A DNA stretch of 64,000 nucleotides from an uncultured Planctomycetota bacterium. GTDB lineage: Bacteria > Planctomycetota > PLA2 > JAEUHO01. Shown one piece after another: positions 18,583 to 30,389 of this stretch (its first letter is position 1; every line of letters starts with the position of its first letter). The stretch spans positions 128,001 through 192,000 of the forward strand of contig CAVVXN010000005.1 of NCBI GenBank assembly GCA_963752285.1, written 5' to 3'. Both the position numbers and the translations under genes were made by a program. A model generated the notes under the pieces. It was not told the origin of the DNA. It did not search any database and was given only the letters and a program-made list of their open reading frames with translations.

Positions 18583-19040
18583 AGCGCACGTTCGTGATCC
18601 TGACGACGCTGGCCTGTCTCGCGGGGGGTCTCGCGCGGGCCGGGGACCCGCCCGCGGAGCTCCGCAAGAACGACCAGCGCATCCAGATCCCCGGCAAGCT
18701 CGTGAGCATCGGAGAGACCCTCGGGTCCCTCGGCGCGAACGCCCAAGACTCCCTCTACACGCGCGGCGCCCTCGGCCTGCTCGCCCCGGACGGGGAGCTC
18801 TGGTCGTTCGTGGACAACCAGAAGGGGCACGGCGTCCTGACGAACGAGCGGTGGAAGGGGAAGGAGACCCGCATCCTCGGCTGGAAGTACCCGAAGACGC
18901 GGTACATCGAGATCTCGAAGCTCGAGCTCCGGGACGGCGACGCCTGGGTGGCGTACGACTACTGCAAGTCCTGCGGGTGGGAGCCCGGAGACAACCACGA
19001 CCGCGACCTCTGCGAGGACTGCGCCGAGGAGGAGAAGTAG
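18579..19040 (+). CDS. Secreted small protein with C-terminal CxxC...CxxC (putative periplasmic metal-binding protein)
   Basis: Signal peptide and translational coupling to czcC. The C-terminus is YCKSCGWEPGDNHDRDLCEDCAEEEK. Confidence 0.7.
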   Translation: MKRTFVILTTLACLAGGLARAGDPPAELRKNDQRIQIPGKLVSIGETLGSLGANAQDSLYTRGALGLLAPDGELWSFVDNQKGHGVLTNERWKGKETRILGWKYPKTRYIEISKLELRDGDAWVAYDYCKSCGWEPGDNHDRDLCEDCAEEEK

Positions 19041-19043
19041 GCC

Positions 19044-20345
19044 GTGCTGGCGCGACTCCTCCACGGCCTGATGACGCTCGCGGTCTTCGCCGGGCTCGGC
19101 AACGCGTTCTACGCCGTGGGGCACGAGGGGCGGTGGCCCTGGCAGGAGCCGCCCGGCCACGGCACCGACTGGTGCGAGGCGCACGGGGTGCCGCTCTCCC
19201 AGGACGAGCAGTGCAACCGGGAGCTCGCCCGCGGGGGTCTTCTTCTCGTCCGCGACGGCGAGCCGCGCGAAGGGGAGTGTCCGAACACGTACGTGCGCAT
19301 CACGATGCCTCCGGAGGTGGTGGAGAACGCCGGCATCGAGACCCGCGAGGTCGAACCCGTCCTCGTGACGGAGTCGATCCGCGCCACCGCCGAGACCGAC
19401 TATCTGCCCGGCGCGTACGCGCGCGTCGCGCCGCGCGTCGTCGGCGCGGTGACCGAGGTGCGCGCGAGCGTGGGGATGTCCGTCGCCGCGGGCGAGGTGG
19501 TCGCCGTGATCGACTCGCAGGCGGTCGGGGAGTCGGTCGCGGAGCTCCGCCGGGCGCAGGCGATCTTCCGCCTCCGCGAGCGGACGTACGCCCAGGAGGA
19601 GGAGCTCAGCCGGAAGGACATCGGCACGAGGCGCGACCTCCTGGAGGCGGAAGCCGGCCTCGACGAGGCCCGCGTCGAGCTCGGGGCGGCCCGGCAACGC
19701 CTGCGCGTCCAGGGCCTGGGCTCGGCGGAGATCGAACGGCTGGCGACCTCCGACGAGGTGGCGACCAGCGTGGAGGTCCGGGCGCCGATCGCCGGCACCG
19801 TGCTCGACGTTGGCGCGGTCGTCGGGGACACGGTCGGTCCGGAGCGCGCGCTCTGCGCGATCGCCGACGTCTCCCGCCTGCGCCTCGACATCGACGTCTA
19901 CGAGCAGGACCTGCCGAAGATCGAGAGCGGGCAGCGGGTGGTGTTCCGACTGGACGGCCTGCCCGGGCAGCACTTCGTGGGCCACGTCCAGTCGGTCGGG
20001 GGGGCCGTGGACGAGGCGACGAGGACGATCCCCGTGGTCGCCGACGTGAAGAACAAGGAGGGCCTCCTGCACGCGAGGATGTTCGGGCACGCCGAGATCC
20101 GCGTACGACCCGCGGAGCCGAAGATCGTCGTGCCGGAGTCGGCGGTCCAGACCGACGGGGACTGCTGGTTCGTCTTCACGAACCCCGTGCCGAACGTCTT
20201 CAAGACCCGGGCCGTGGAGCTCGGCGCCGCCTACAGCGGTGGCTTCGAGATCCGGGGCGGCCTCGCGAAGGGCGACCGCATCGTCACGACCGGGAGCTTC
20301 CAGCTCAAGACGGAGGTGCTCCGGGGCGAGATGGGCGCGGGGTGA
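19044..20345 (+). CDS. czcB: RND efflux periplasmic adaptor (CzcB/CusB family); may extend through a Sec UGA to 20360
   Basis: N-terminal TM with a WCEAHGVP motif, lipoyl and hairpin domains, VRAPIAGTV, VDEATRT, VPESAVQ and GL.KGDRIVTTGSF.LK. Confidence 0.92.
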   Translation: MLARLLHGLMTLAVFAGLGNAFYAVGHEGRWPWQEPPGHGTDWCEAHGVPLSQDEQCNRELARGGLLLVRDGEPREGECPNTYVRITMPPEVVENAGIETREVEPVLVTESIRATAETDYLPGAYARVAPRVVGAVTEVRASVGMSVAAGEVVAVIDSQAVGESVAELRRAQAIFRLRERTYAQEEELSRKDIGTRRDLLEAEAGLDEARVELGAARQRLRVQGLGSAEIERLATSDEVATSVEVRAPIAGTVLDVGAVVGDTVGPERALCAIADVSRLRLDIDVYEQDLPKIESGQRVVFRLDGLPGQHFVGHVQSVGGAVDEATRTIPVVADVKNKEGLLHARMFGHAEIRVRPAEPKIVVPESAVQTDGDCWFVFTNPVPNVFKTRAVELGAAYSGGFEIRGGLAKGDRIVTTGSFQLKTEVLRGEMGAG

Positions 20346-20385
20346 TGCGTCGAGAAGTGAGCCGCGGTCGCGGCTGAGGACGCGT
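20345..20385 (+). other. Putative bacterial SECIS element
   Basis: Lower stem ATGCGTC (20345-20351)/GACGCGT (20379-20385), upper stem AGCCGC (20360-20365)/GCGGCT (20370-20375) and apical loop GGTC. The loop starts 21 nt after the in-frame TGA at 20343-20345. Confidence 0.55.
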
Positions 20386-20411
20386 TCCCGGGAAGCACGA
20401 GACGAGAGCCC

Positions 20412-23573
<3,162 letters not shown>

Positions 23574-25006
23574 GCGTGACCGGGACGGTCTCGTCGCCGC
23601 GCCGGACGTCGAGGGGGACCGTGCCCTTCGCCGCGGCGAGGACCGCGCGGAGCTCGTCCGCGTCGCGGACCGGCGTGCCCGCGCTCGCGACGATCACGTC
23701 GCCGCGACGAAGGCCCGCGATCGCGGCCGCTTTCCCGGCGTCGACGGAGCGGACGACGACGCCCGAGGCCGAGGCGTCCATCCCGAGGAACGCCGCGAGC
23801 TCCGGTCCGAGCGTCACGATCTCGAGGCCCAGCGCGTCGGGGCTCACGAGGCGCGCGCGCGCCTCGCTCCGGTCTCCGAGGGTCACCTTCACCTCCCGGC
23901 GCCCGTCGTCGCCCTCCACGCGGAGCACGACGTCGTCCCCCGGACGGCGGAGCGCGAGCGCCCGCGTGAGCCCCGCGGAGTCGGGGACGGCCACGCCGTC
24001 GAGCGCGAGGACCGAGTCGCCCTCGCGAAGGCCCGCTCTCGCGGCCGGCGAGTCCGGCAGGACCGACATCAGGCGCGCGCGCGGCTCGCCTTCCTCCGCC
24101 GACACGTCGCCGAGCACGACGCCCACGTACGCGGAGCGGATCCGGCCGCTCGCGTCGAGATCCTCGATCGCCCGCCGGATCGCCGCGGCGGGGACGGTCC
24201 CGCCCCGTCCCCGTTCGGGATCGGACCCGCGCCGCGAACACGGCGCCGTAGACCCAATCCTGCTCTCGTGTTCGTGTGGAGGCGAGGCAGCGTCACCCGG
24301 ACGGGCTCCACGGGGACGACCGCGCCCGAGATCTCCGCGCCCGAGATCTCCCTTCCGTTCCCGTCCAGCACGTATGCCGCGTCGAGCCGTGGGACGACGC
24401 GGAGAAGCGACCCCGCCGAGAGGAAGCGGGCCCTCGTGGCACCCGGCGCGCGTTCCACGGCGATTCCCGCGAGCTCGCCCCTCGTCGTGACGAGCGCTCC
24501 GCCCGCGTCGCTCGCCTCGACCTTCGGCGCACGCGTCAGCGGGTCCACGCCGCCCACGACGAGGAGCCGCGGGCGTTCGCCGGCCGAGAGGACGAGCGTG
24601 CCCCGGCGGACGGCGTCGTCGGGCGCGAGCGCGAGGCCGTGGACCTCGCGCGCGGCCGTCTCGGGGAGCGCGTACACGGCGACCCCCAGCTCGTCGTCGG
24701 CGGCGACGAGCGTCGCCTCGACCTCGAGCGCGTTCTCGAGGACCGCGTGGAGCGTCCTCTCGCCGCGCGAGACGAGCCAGGCCACGACGAGTCGCGGCGG
24801 CGAGCCGACGAGGACGCCCTGCGCCTCGCCCTCGTCGGTCCGGACGCGGGCCGTGGCACCGTCCGCCCGGTCGGCGAGCGCGACCGTCTCGGCGTTCAGC
24901 CGCTCGAGGAGGGAGTCGGGCTCGTCGGCGCGGGCGCCCGGGGGCGGGAGGAGGAGCGCGAGCAGGAGGGCGGCGAAGGGGAGCAGGTGCTTCGGCATGT
25001 CGGGCC

Positions 25007-25429
25007 TCAACGGATGCGCCGCGGCGTGAGCGGCAGGAGCACGGGTTCGACGGGGACGGTGGGACGGGCGAACGACTCGCGCGCGTCCGCGCTCGAGGCT
25101 CTGGGCCCCGGCGCGCGACTCGTCACGACGAGCGTCACGACGACGCCGGCGGCGAACGCCGCGACGTGGCCGAGCGCGAGGCGCACCGCGCGTCGTGGCG
25201 CGCGGGGGGCCGGCGCGCGCGCCCGGATCCGCGACGCGAGGTCCATCGGCGGCCCGGGCACCTCGTACGGTCGGTAGAGCCGCGCCCGGTCCGCGGCGTG
25301 CCGTCGCGCCTCCTCGGCGCAGGACGTGCAGCCTTCGAGGTGCGCGCGCACGCGTCGTGCGCGCTCGGGCGCGAGAAGGTCGTCGAGGTGGTCCGGGAGG
25401 AGGGCGCGGACTTCCGAGCAGTCGTTCAT
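25007..25429 (-). CDS. Anti-sigma factor, zf-HC2 (ZAS) with TM helix
   Basis: C..V..LL...LD...HLEGCTSC (HxxxCxxC) followed by a TM segment. ATGA overlap with the sigma factor. Confidence 0.88.
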   Translation of the reverse strand: MNDCSEVRALLPDHLDDLLAPERARRVRAHLEGCTSCAEEARRHAADRARLYRPYEVPGPPMDLASRIRARAPAPRAPRRAVRLALGHVAAFAAGVVVTLVVTSRAPGPRASSADARESFARPTVPVEPVLLPLTPRRIR

Positions 25430-25917
25430 CGTTCGTCCTCGAGGAGGGAGCCGAGTCGGCGGGCGAGGGTCTCGCGAGCGCGGCGGAAGCGGTCCTTCGC
25501 CGCGCGCTCGCTGACGCCGAGCGCGGCGGCGACCTCGCGGTAGGGGAGCTCGTGGTGCGCGCGGAGCAGGAACGCGCTCCGAAGCTCCGGATCGAGCCGG
25601 AGCACCTCGTCCCGCACGCGGCGGTCGAGGTCGCGCAGGTCGGACGAGGGCGCCGTGGGATGGGCCGGCGGCTCGCCGACGAGCGCGCCGCCGCGTCGCC
25701 GTCGGAGCGCGTCGATCCCCAGGTTCGTCGCCACCTTGAAGAGCCACGGGCCGAGCGAGCCGTTCGCGCCGGCGAGGCGGCGCTCGTGCGCGAGGTAGCG
25801 GAGGAAGGCCTCCTGTGCGAGCTCTTCCGCGAGGGCGCGGTCGCCGGTCAGGCGCGCGAGGTACGCGTAAATCGGGCCGCCGTAGCGGCCGTAGACCTCG
25901 TCGAAGGATCGGCCCAT
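25426..25917 (-). CDS. ECF (sigma-70 group 4) RNA polymerase sigma factor
   Basis: Region 2 AEELAQEAFL..WLFKVATN..D..RRR and region 4 L.YREVAAALG.S...K....RAR..L. Confidence 0.92.
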   Translation of the reverse strand: MGRSFDEVYGRYGGPIYAYLARLTGDRALAEELAQEAFLRYLAHERRLAGANGSLGPWLFKVATNLGIDALRRRRGGALVGEPPAHPTAPSSDLRDLDRRVRDEVLRLDPELRSAFLLRAHHELPYREVAAALGVSERAAKDRFRRARETLARRLGSLLEDER

Positions 25918-25996
25918 GCACCCCATCCCACGGACGGCGGGGGGGCCGGGGGAAGCGAAATCCCCCGCGGCGGGGTCCGACGCGCTCGCGCGGGGG

Positions 25997-26761
25997 TCAG
26001 AAGGCCATGACGATGGCGCCCGCGGCGAACGCCATCACCGCGAGGCTGAACAGCACGAACGCGAACAGGAGGATCACGCGCGCGGCCCCGCAGCGGAGCG
26101 CCGCGCTCGCGCAGCTGATCCACACGACGCTCTCGACGGGCAGCACCCAGATGGCGCGGTCCGCGCGGAGCATGGTGTCGTAGAAGAGCATGTCCGCGCC
26201 GAGCATGCCGCCGAGGACGATCGCGAGGAACGACGCGCGGAAGAAGCCGAGCAGCTCGATCTCCGCGAGACGTCCGCCCAGCGCCACCAGCGCGTAGAGC
26301 GCGGCGAAGAGCAGGAGTCCGAGCGAGGTCCGCCCGCCGAGCGACGTCGGGATCGACATCTTGGCCACGCGGGCCAGCCGCCGGAAGAACCCCTCCTCGC
26401 GGACGTCGGGCTCCTCCGCGGGGAGCCGCTCCGCCGGCGCCTCCGTCGGCGTCGCGCTGGGGTCGATGGACTGCGCCGCCGCGGACCAGTCCGAGAACGC
26501 GCTGTCCTGGTGGTCCTTGTGGCTCTCGGCCCGGACGGGGACGAAGCGGCTCACGATCCGCGCCTTCTGGACCGTGACCGTGGCGTCTCGGCCGAAACCG
26601 GAGAGGCGGAGCTCGACCTCCCCGTCCCGCTCCTGCACGACGTGTCCGCGGAAGACCGCGCCATTGTCGAGGACGATGATCTCCTCGGACGCGTGGGCCG
26701 CGGTCGCAAAGGCGCCGAGCGCGAGGAGGAGGAGGACGGCGGTCAGCAGGCGGCTGGGCAT
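25997..26761 (-). CDS. Hypothetical membrane protein (signal peptide, small beta domain, 4 C-terminal TM helices)
   Basis: Coding-like composition with an IVLDNG.VFRG.V small-domain motif and a hydrophobic C-terminal half. Confidence 0.7.
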   Translation of the reverse strand: MPSRLLTAVLLLLALGAFATAAHASEEIIVLDNGAVFRGHVVQERDGEVELRLSGFGRDATVTVQKARIVSRFVPVRAESHKDHQDSAFSDWSAAAQSIDPSATPTEAPAERLPAEEPDVREEGFFRRLARVAKMSIPTSLGGRTSLGLLLFAALYALVALGGRLAEIELLGFFRASFLAIVLGGMLGADMLFYDTMLRADRAIWVLPVESVVWISCASAALRCGAARVILLFAFVLFSLAVMAFAAGAIVMAF

Positions 26762-26990
26762 CGGTTCGTGTCCCTATCGGCAGGGAGCCCGCCCGGCGTA
26801 GAGCCTCTTCGTTCGGTCCCGACGAGGGGCCACGCGTGCGGGCTTCGCGGGGGGGGGCGGCCCCGGGACGCCTACAATCCGGGCCCGCCCGTCCGTGAGC
26901 TCCCGTGACCCCGTTCGACCCCGCGTCCCTCGACCCCGTCCCCCCCGAGCCCGGGCCGAAGGCCCCCGCCCCGGCGCGCTGAGGTCCCGG

Positions 26991-27545
26991 ATGCCGCCCG
27001 CCACGGTCGCGACGCTGGGGGTGCTCGGCCTCTTCGCTCTCTGGGGCGCCCGGCGGGGGAGCCTTCGCCAGCTGGCCGCTCTGGGGGTCCTGGCCGTCGC
27101 CTTCCTGGTCGCGGCGCGGCTCGGGCCCCGCCTCCACGCGAGCGTCGAGAAGGCGATCACGCTGGGGGGCCGCGACCTCGCGCTCGTCGCCTGGTCGGCC
27201 GCGTTCCTCGGCGTGCTCCTCGCGGGCGCCGCGGTCCTCGCGCTGGTCGGCCCGTGGCTCTCCCGTGCGCGGCTCGGGTTCGGGGAGCGGACCGTGGGCG
27301 CGCTCCTCGGCCTCGTGCACGGCCTCGTGATCGTGACCCTGATCCTCCAGGGCGTTCGCGCGGCGTGGCCCCTGCCCGCGTCGCGCCCGATCTGGCTCCG
27401 CGTCGAGGGGACGCCGCTCTCGGACGGGGCGGACGCGGTCGGAGGGACGCTCGCGGGCGTCCTCCCCACGCCCCGCTGGCTCGCCGGGCCGCGCGGTCGG
27501 GTCCGGCGGTCCGGCGAGGGGGGCGCCGCGCCCGCGCCCCCGTAG
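26991..27545 (+). CDS. CvpA (colicin V production) family membrane protein
   Basis: G.RRG..RQ and ERTVGALLG..G motifs with 4 TM segments; near purF. Confidence 0.6.
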   Translation: MPPATVATLGVLGLFALWGARRGSLRQLAALGVLAVAFLVAARLGPRLHASVEKAITLGGRDLALVAWSAAFLGVLLAGAAVLALVGPWLSRARLGFGERTVGALLGLVHGLVIVTLILQGVRAAWPLPASRPIWLRVEGTPLSDGADAVGGTLAGVLPTPRWLAGPRGRVRRSGEGGAAPAPP

Positions 27546-27595
27546 GTCGGCACGCGAGGTCGGCGTCCAAGCGCGAGGGGTACGATCGGCGCGAC

Positions 27596-30370
27596 ATGGG
27601 ACGCGAAGGCTGGATCTACGGGCTCGTCTTCGTCGCCATCCTGGGGGCGGGGGCGCTGATGCTGGGACCCCGGCTCGTGCGGCTCGCGGCGCCGGGGGTG
27701 CCGGCGCCCGGCGCCGCCCCCGGGGACGCGGGCGCGGTCCCGCCGCGCGCGAGATCGCCCGAAGGCCCCTCGGCGCCCGCCGGGCCATCGCCGGGCGGGG
27801 CGACCGCGGAGCCGGAGCCGCCTGCCGCGGCGGCGCCGATGCCCTGGATCGAGGTCCGGCTCCGTGGGCCCGCGGGCCCGCTCCGGGGCCCCGTGAAGCC
27901 GGTCGGCGGCGCGGAGGTCGATCGGTCGCCCGACACCTTGGACCCCGACGTGCTGGTCGTGCGCGCGACGGCGGACGTCGTCCGCTTCGGCGCGAGCGGG
28001 CACCAGTGGGTGTCGGTCGCGCGCGCGGCGCTCCACCCCGGGCTCGAGGTGGTCCTCCCCGAGGCGGCGCCGCCGATCGTGCTCCGCGTGCGCGAGGTGG
28101 ACGGTCGGCCGGCCCCGGGCGTGCCCGTCCTGGTGCTGCCGGCCGCGCCGGGACCGCTCCCCCGCACGGACGCGGGCGGGACGGTCGTGCTCGACGACCT
28201 GGCCCCGGGCCTCGTGGTCGTGGACGTGGGTGGACGGGAACGCCGGGGCCCGACGCTTCGGCTCCTCGCGGGCTCGGACCTCGACACGAAGGCCGTCCTG
28301 GAGCCCGCGTGGCGCATCACGGGCCGCGCGGTGGACGCGGGCGGGCGAGCGCTTGCGGGTACGCACGTGGACGCCGTCGCGGAAGACGGCCCGGTGGGCG
28401 GCCCGACCATGACGGACGAGGAGGGGCGCTTCACGTGGACGGGCCCCGTCCGGGACGCCGTCTCGCTCCGGCTCCGTGGCGACGCGTGCGCCCCGCGGGA
28501 GGTCGAGGTCCGCGCGCCGTCGCTCGGCGCGCTGGCCACCGACCTCGCCGACGTCGTGCTGGCGCGCCCGGGCGGGTCGATCGAGGGGCGCGTGACGGGC
28601 GTCACCGCCGTGTCGGCGGCGAAGGCCGAGGTCCGCGTCGAGCCGGCGGTCGCCGCGCTCCTCGGCGAGCTGTTCGGCCCGGACGCGGCGCTCGTGGAGC
28701 CGCGGCGCGTCCCGGTCGGTCCGGACGGCCGCTTCGAGGTGGACGACCTCCGCGCGGGGATCCCGCTACGGGTCTCGCTCCGCGGCCTGGGTCTCCCCCT
28801 CGACCAGCGCGTGACGCTCACCGACGGCGAGAAGATGTCGCTCGAGCTCGTGCCCGCGACCGGGCTCTCGCTCTCGGGGCGCGTGCTCGACGGCGGAGGC
28901 GGCGCGCCCGTCTTCGACCTCGCGCTGCTGGTCTCGACGGATCCCGCCGAGGGGGACGCCCGCCCGTCCGATCGCGAGGTGCGCACGGACCGCGCGGGGC
29001 GGTTCTCCGTCGGCGGGCTCTCCTCGGGGCCCGTCTACCTGCGCGCCGCGGTCCCGGGGCGCGGGGCGCTCGCCGTGGAGGCCTCCGTGCCTGCCGCGGC
29101 GCCGCTCGAGATCCAGCTCCCCCCGGCGGGATCGGGCCCCGCGCTCGAGGGCGTCGTCGTGGACGACGGGAACACGCCGCTTCTCGACGTGACGGTGCGC
29201 GCCGCGGGGCTTCGCACGCGCACGGGGGCGGACGGGCGCTTCCGCCTGGCCGGCGTCCGTTCGTTCGGCGACGCGGTGGACGTGACCGCGGCGTACGCGC
29301 CGGGTCCGGTGGCCTCCGGCGTCGATCCCCGACCCTTCGCGGACGGGGTCCGGCGTCGCGCGCGGCCCGCCGACGGTCCCGTGCGCCTCGTGCTGCCGCG
29401 CACGCGGTCCGTGAGCTTCACCGCGCTCGACGGCCTCGACGACGCGCCGCTCGCCTTCGTGCACGTCGTCGCGCGCACGGACGGGGGCGACGTCGTCGCC
29501 GACCGCGCGATCGCGCTCTCGTCGGGCGCCGGCCGCGTGGACGGGCTCCCGCCCATGACCGGGTACACGTTCGCCCTGTTCACGGCGCAGCACCGCAAGG
29601 TCGTGGTCGTGCCCCTGCGTTCGGACCTCGCGCCGGCTGCCGAGAGCGGTCTCGGCGTCGTGCGCCTCGGCCGGGGGATGCGCGTCCACGGCACCGTCGT
29701 GGACGCCGACGGGAAGCCGATCGCGCACGCGCGCGTCGGCGCGCTGGAGCCGGGGTGGCTCCGCACCCGGAGCTCCGACCCCGCGCTCGGACGCGAGCTC
29801 CTCGACCGCTGGGTGGACGCGGACGCGTCGGGGCGATTCCTGCTCCAGGGGCTCGACCCGCGACAGCCCGCGCCGCTCGCCGCGTGGGCGCCCGGCTACG
29901 CGCCGGTGGCGTGGCGCGCGCGCCTCGAGGAGTTCCGGGACGACCCCGACGTGTCGATCCAGATCCGTCTGCGCCGCGGCGGGTACCTCGACGTGGACCT
30001 CGTCGAGAGCGACGGGACGACGCCCGTCCCCGGGGCGATCCTCGACCTCGAGGACGCGCGCACGGGCTCCGACTACCTCGACGCGCTCCGCCGCGGGATG
30101 CTCGGCGGCCCGGTCGCCTCGGACGAGGACTGGCAGCTCGCCTCCGAGCACTACCTCTTCGAGCACGAGAAGAACGGGACCTACCGCCTCGGCCCGATCG
30201 CGCCGGGCCCGTACGACGTGTGGGTGGAGCGCCCCGGCTACCGTCCGCTCGAGCGCCGCCTCACCATCCTCGACCCGAGCGAGAGCGACGCGCTGATCGA
30301 CGTGGTCGCCGGCCGCGAGCGTCCCCTCGAGATGCTGACGCTCACCTGGACGCTCGAGGCGGCGCGCTGA
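27596..30370 (+). CDS. Membrane-anchored protein with tandem carboxypeptidase-regulatory-like (beta-sandwich) repeats
   Basis: N-terminal TM and Pro-rich linker, then repeated G.V.D..G.P..GA.V ... TD..GRF...GL units. Confidence 0.8.
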   Translation: MGREGWIYGLVFVAILGAGALMLGPRLVRLAAPGVPAPGAAPGDAGAVPPRARSPEGPSAPAGPSPGGATAEPEPPAAAAPMPWIEVRLRGPAGPLRGPVKPVGGAEVDRSPDTLDPDVLVVRATADVVRFGASGHQWVSVARAALHPGLEVVLPEAAPPIVLRVREVDGRPAPGVPVLVLPAAPGPLPRTDAGGTVVLDDLAPGLVVVDVGGRERRGPTLRLLAGSDLDTKAVLEPAWRITGRAVDAGGRALAGTHVDAVAEDGPVGGPTMTDEEGRFTWTGPVRDAVSLRLRGDACAPREVEVRAPSLGALATDLADVVLARPGGSIEGRVTGVTAVSAAKAEVRVEPAVAALLGELFGPDAALVEPRRVPVGPDGRFEVDDLRAGIPLRVSLRGLGLPLDQRVTLTDGEKMSLELVPATGLSLSGRVLDGGGGAPVFDLALLVSTDPAEGDARPSDREVRTDRAGRFSVGGLSSGPVYLRAAVPGRGALAVEASVPAAAPLEIQLPPAGSGPALEGVVVDDGNTPLLDVTVRAAGLRTRTGADGRFRLAGVRSFGDAVDVTAAYAPGPVASGVDPRPFADGVRRRARPADGPVRLVLPRTRSVSFTALDGLDDAPLAFVHVVARTDGGDVVADRAIALSSGAGRVDGLPPMTGYTFALFTAQHRKVVVVPLRSDLAPAAESGLGVVRLGRGMRVHGTVVDADGKPIAHARVGALEPGWLRTRSSDPALGRELLDRWVDADASGRFLLQGLDPRQPAPLAAWAPGYAPVAWRARLEEFRDDPDVSIQIRLRRGGYLDVDLVESDGTTPVPGAILDLEDARTGSDYLDALRRGMLGGPVASDEDWQLASEHYLFEHEKNGTYRLGPIAPGPYDVWVERPGYRPLERRLTILDPSESDALIDVVAGRERPLEMLTLTWTLEAAR

Positions 30371-30389
30371 TCGGCGCGCGACCGGCGCC

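Noticed and set aside
26900..26975. Short GACCCCG repeats upstream of the cvpA-like gene
   Set aside because: The repeats are short, irregular and low-complexity, so they are not distinguishable from GC-rich background.
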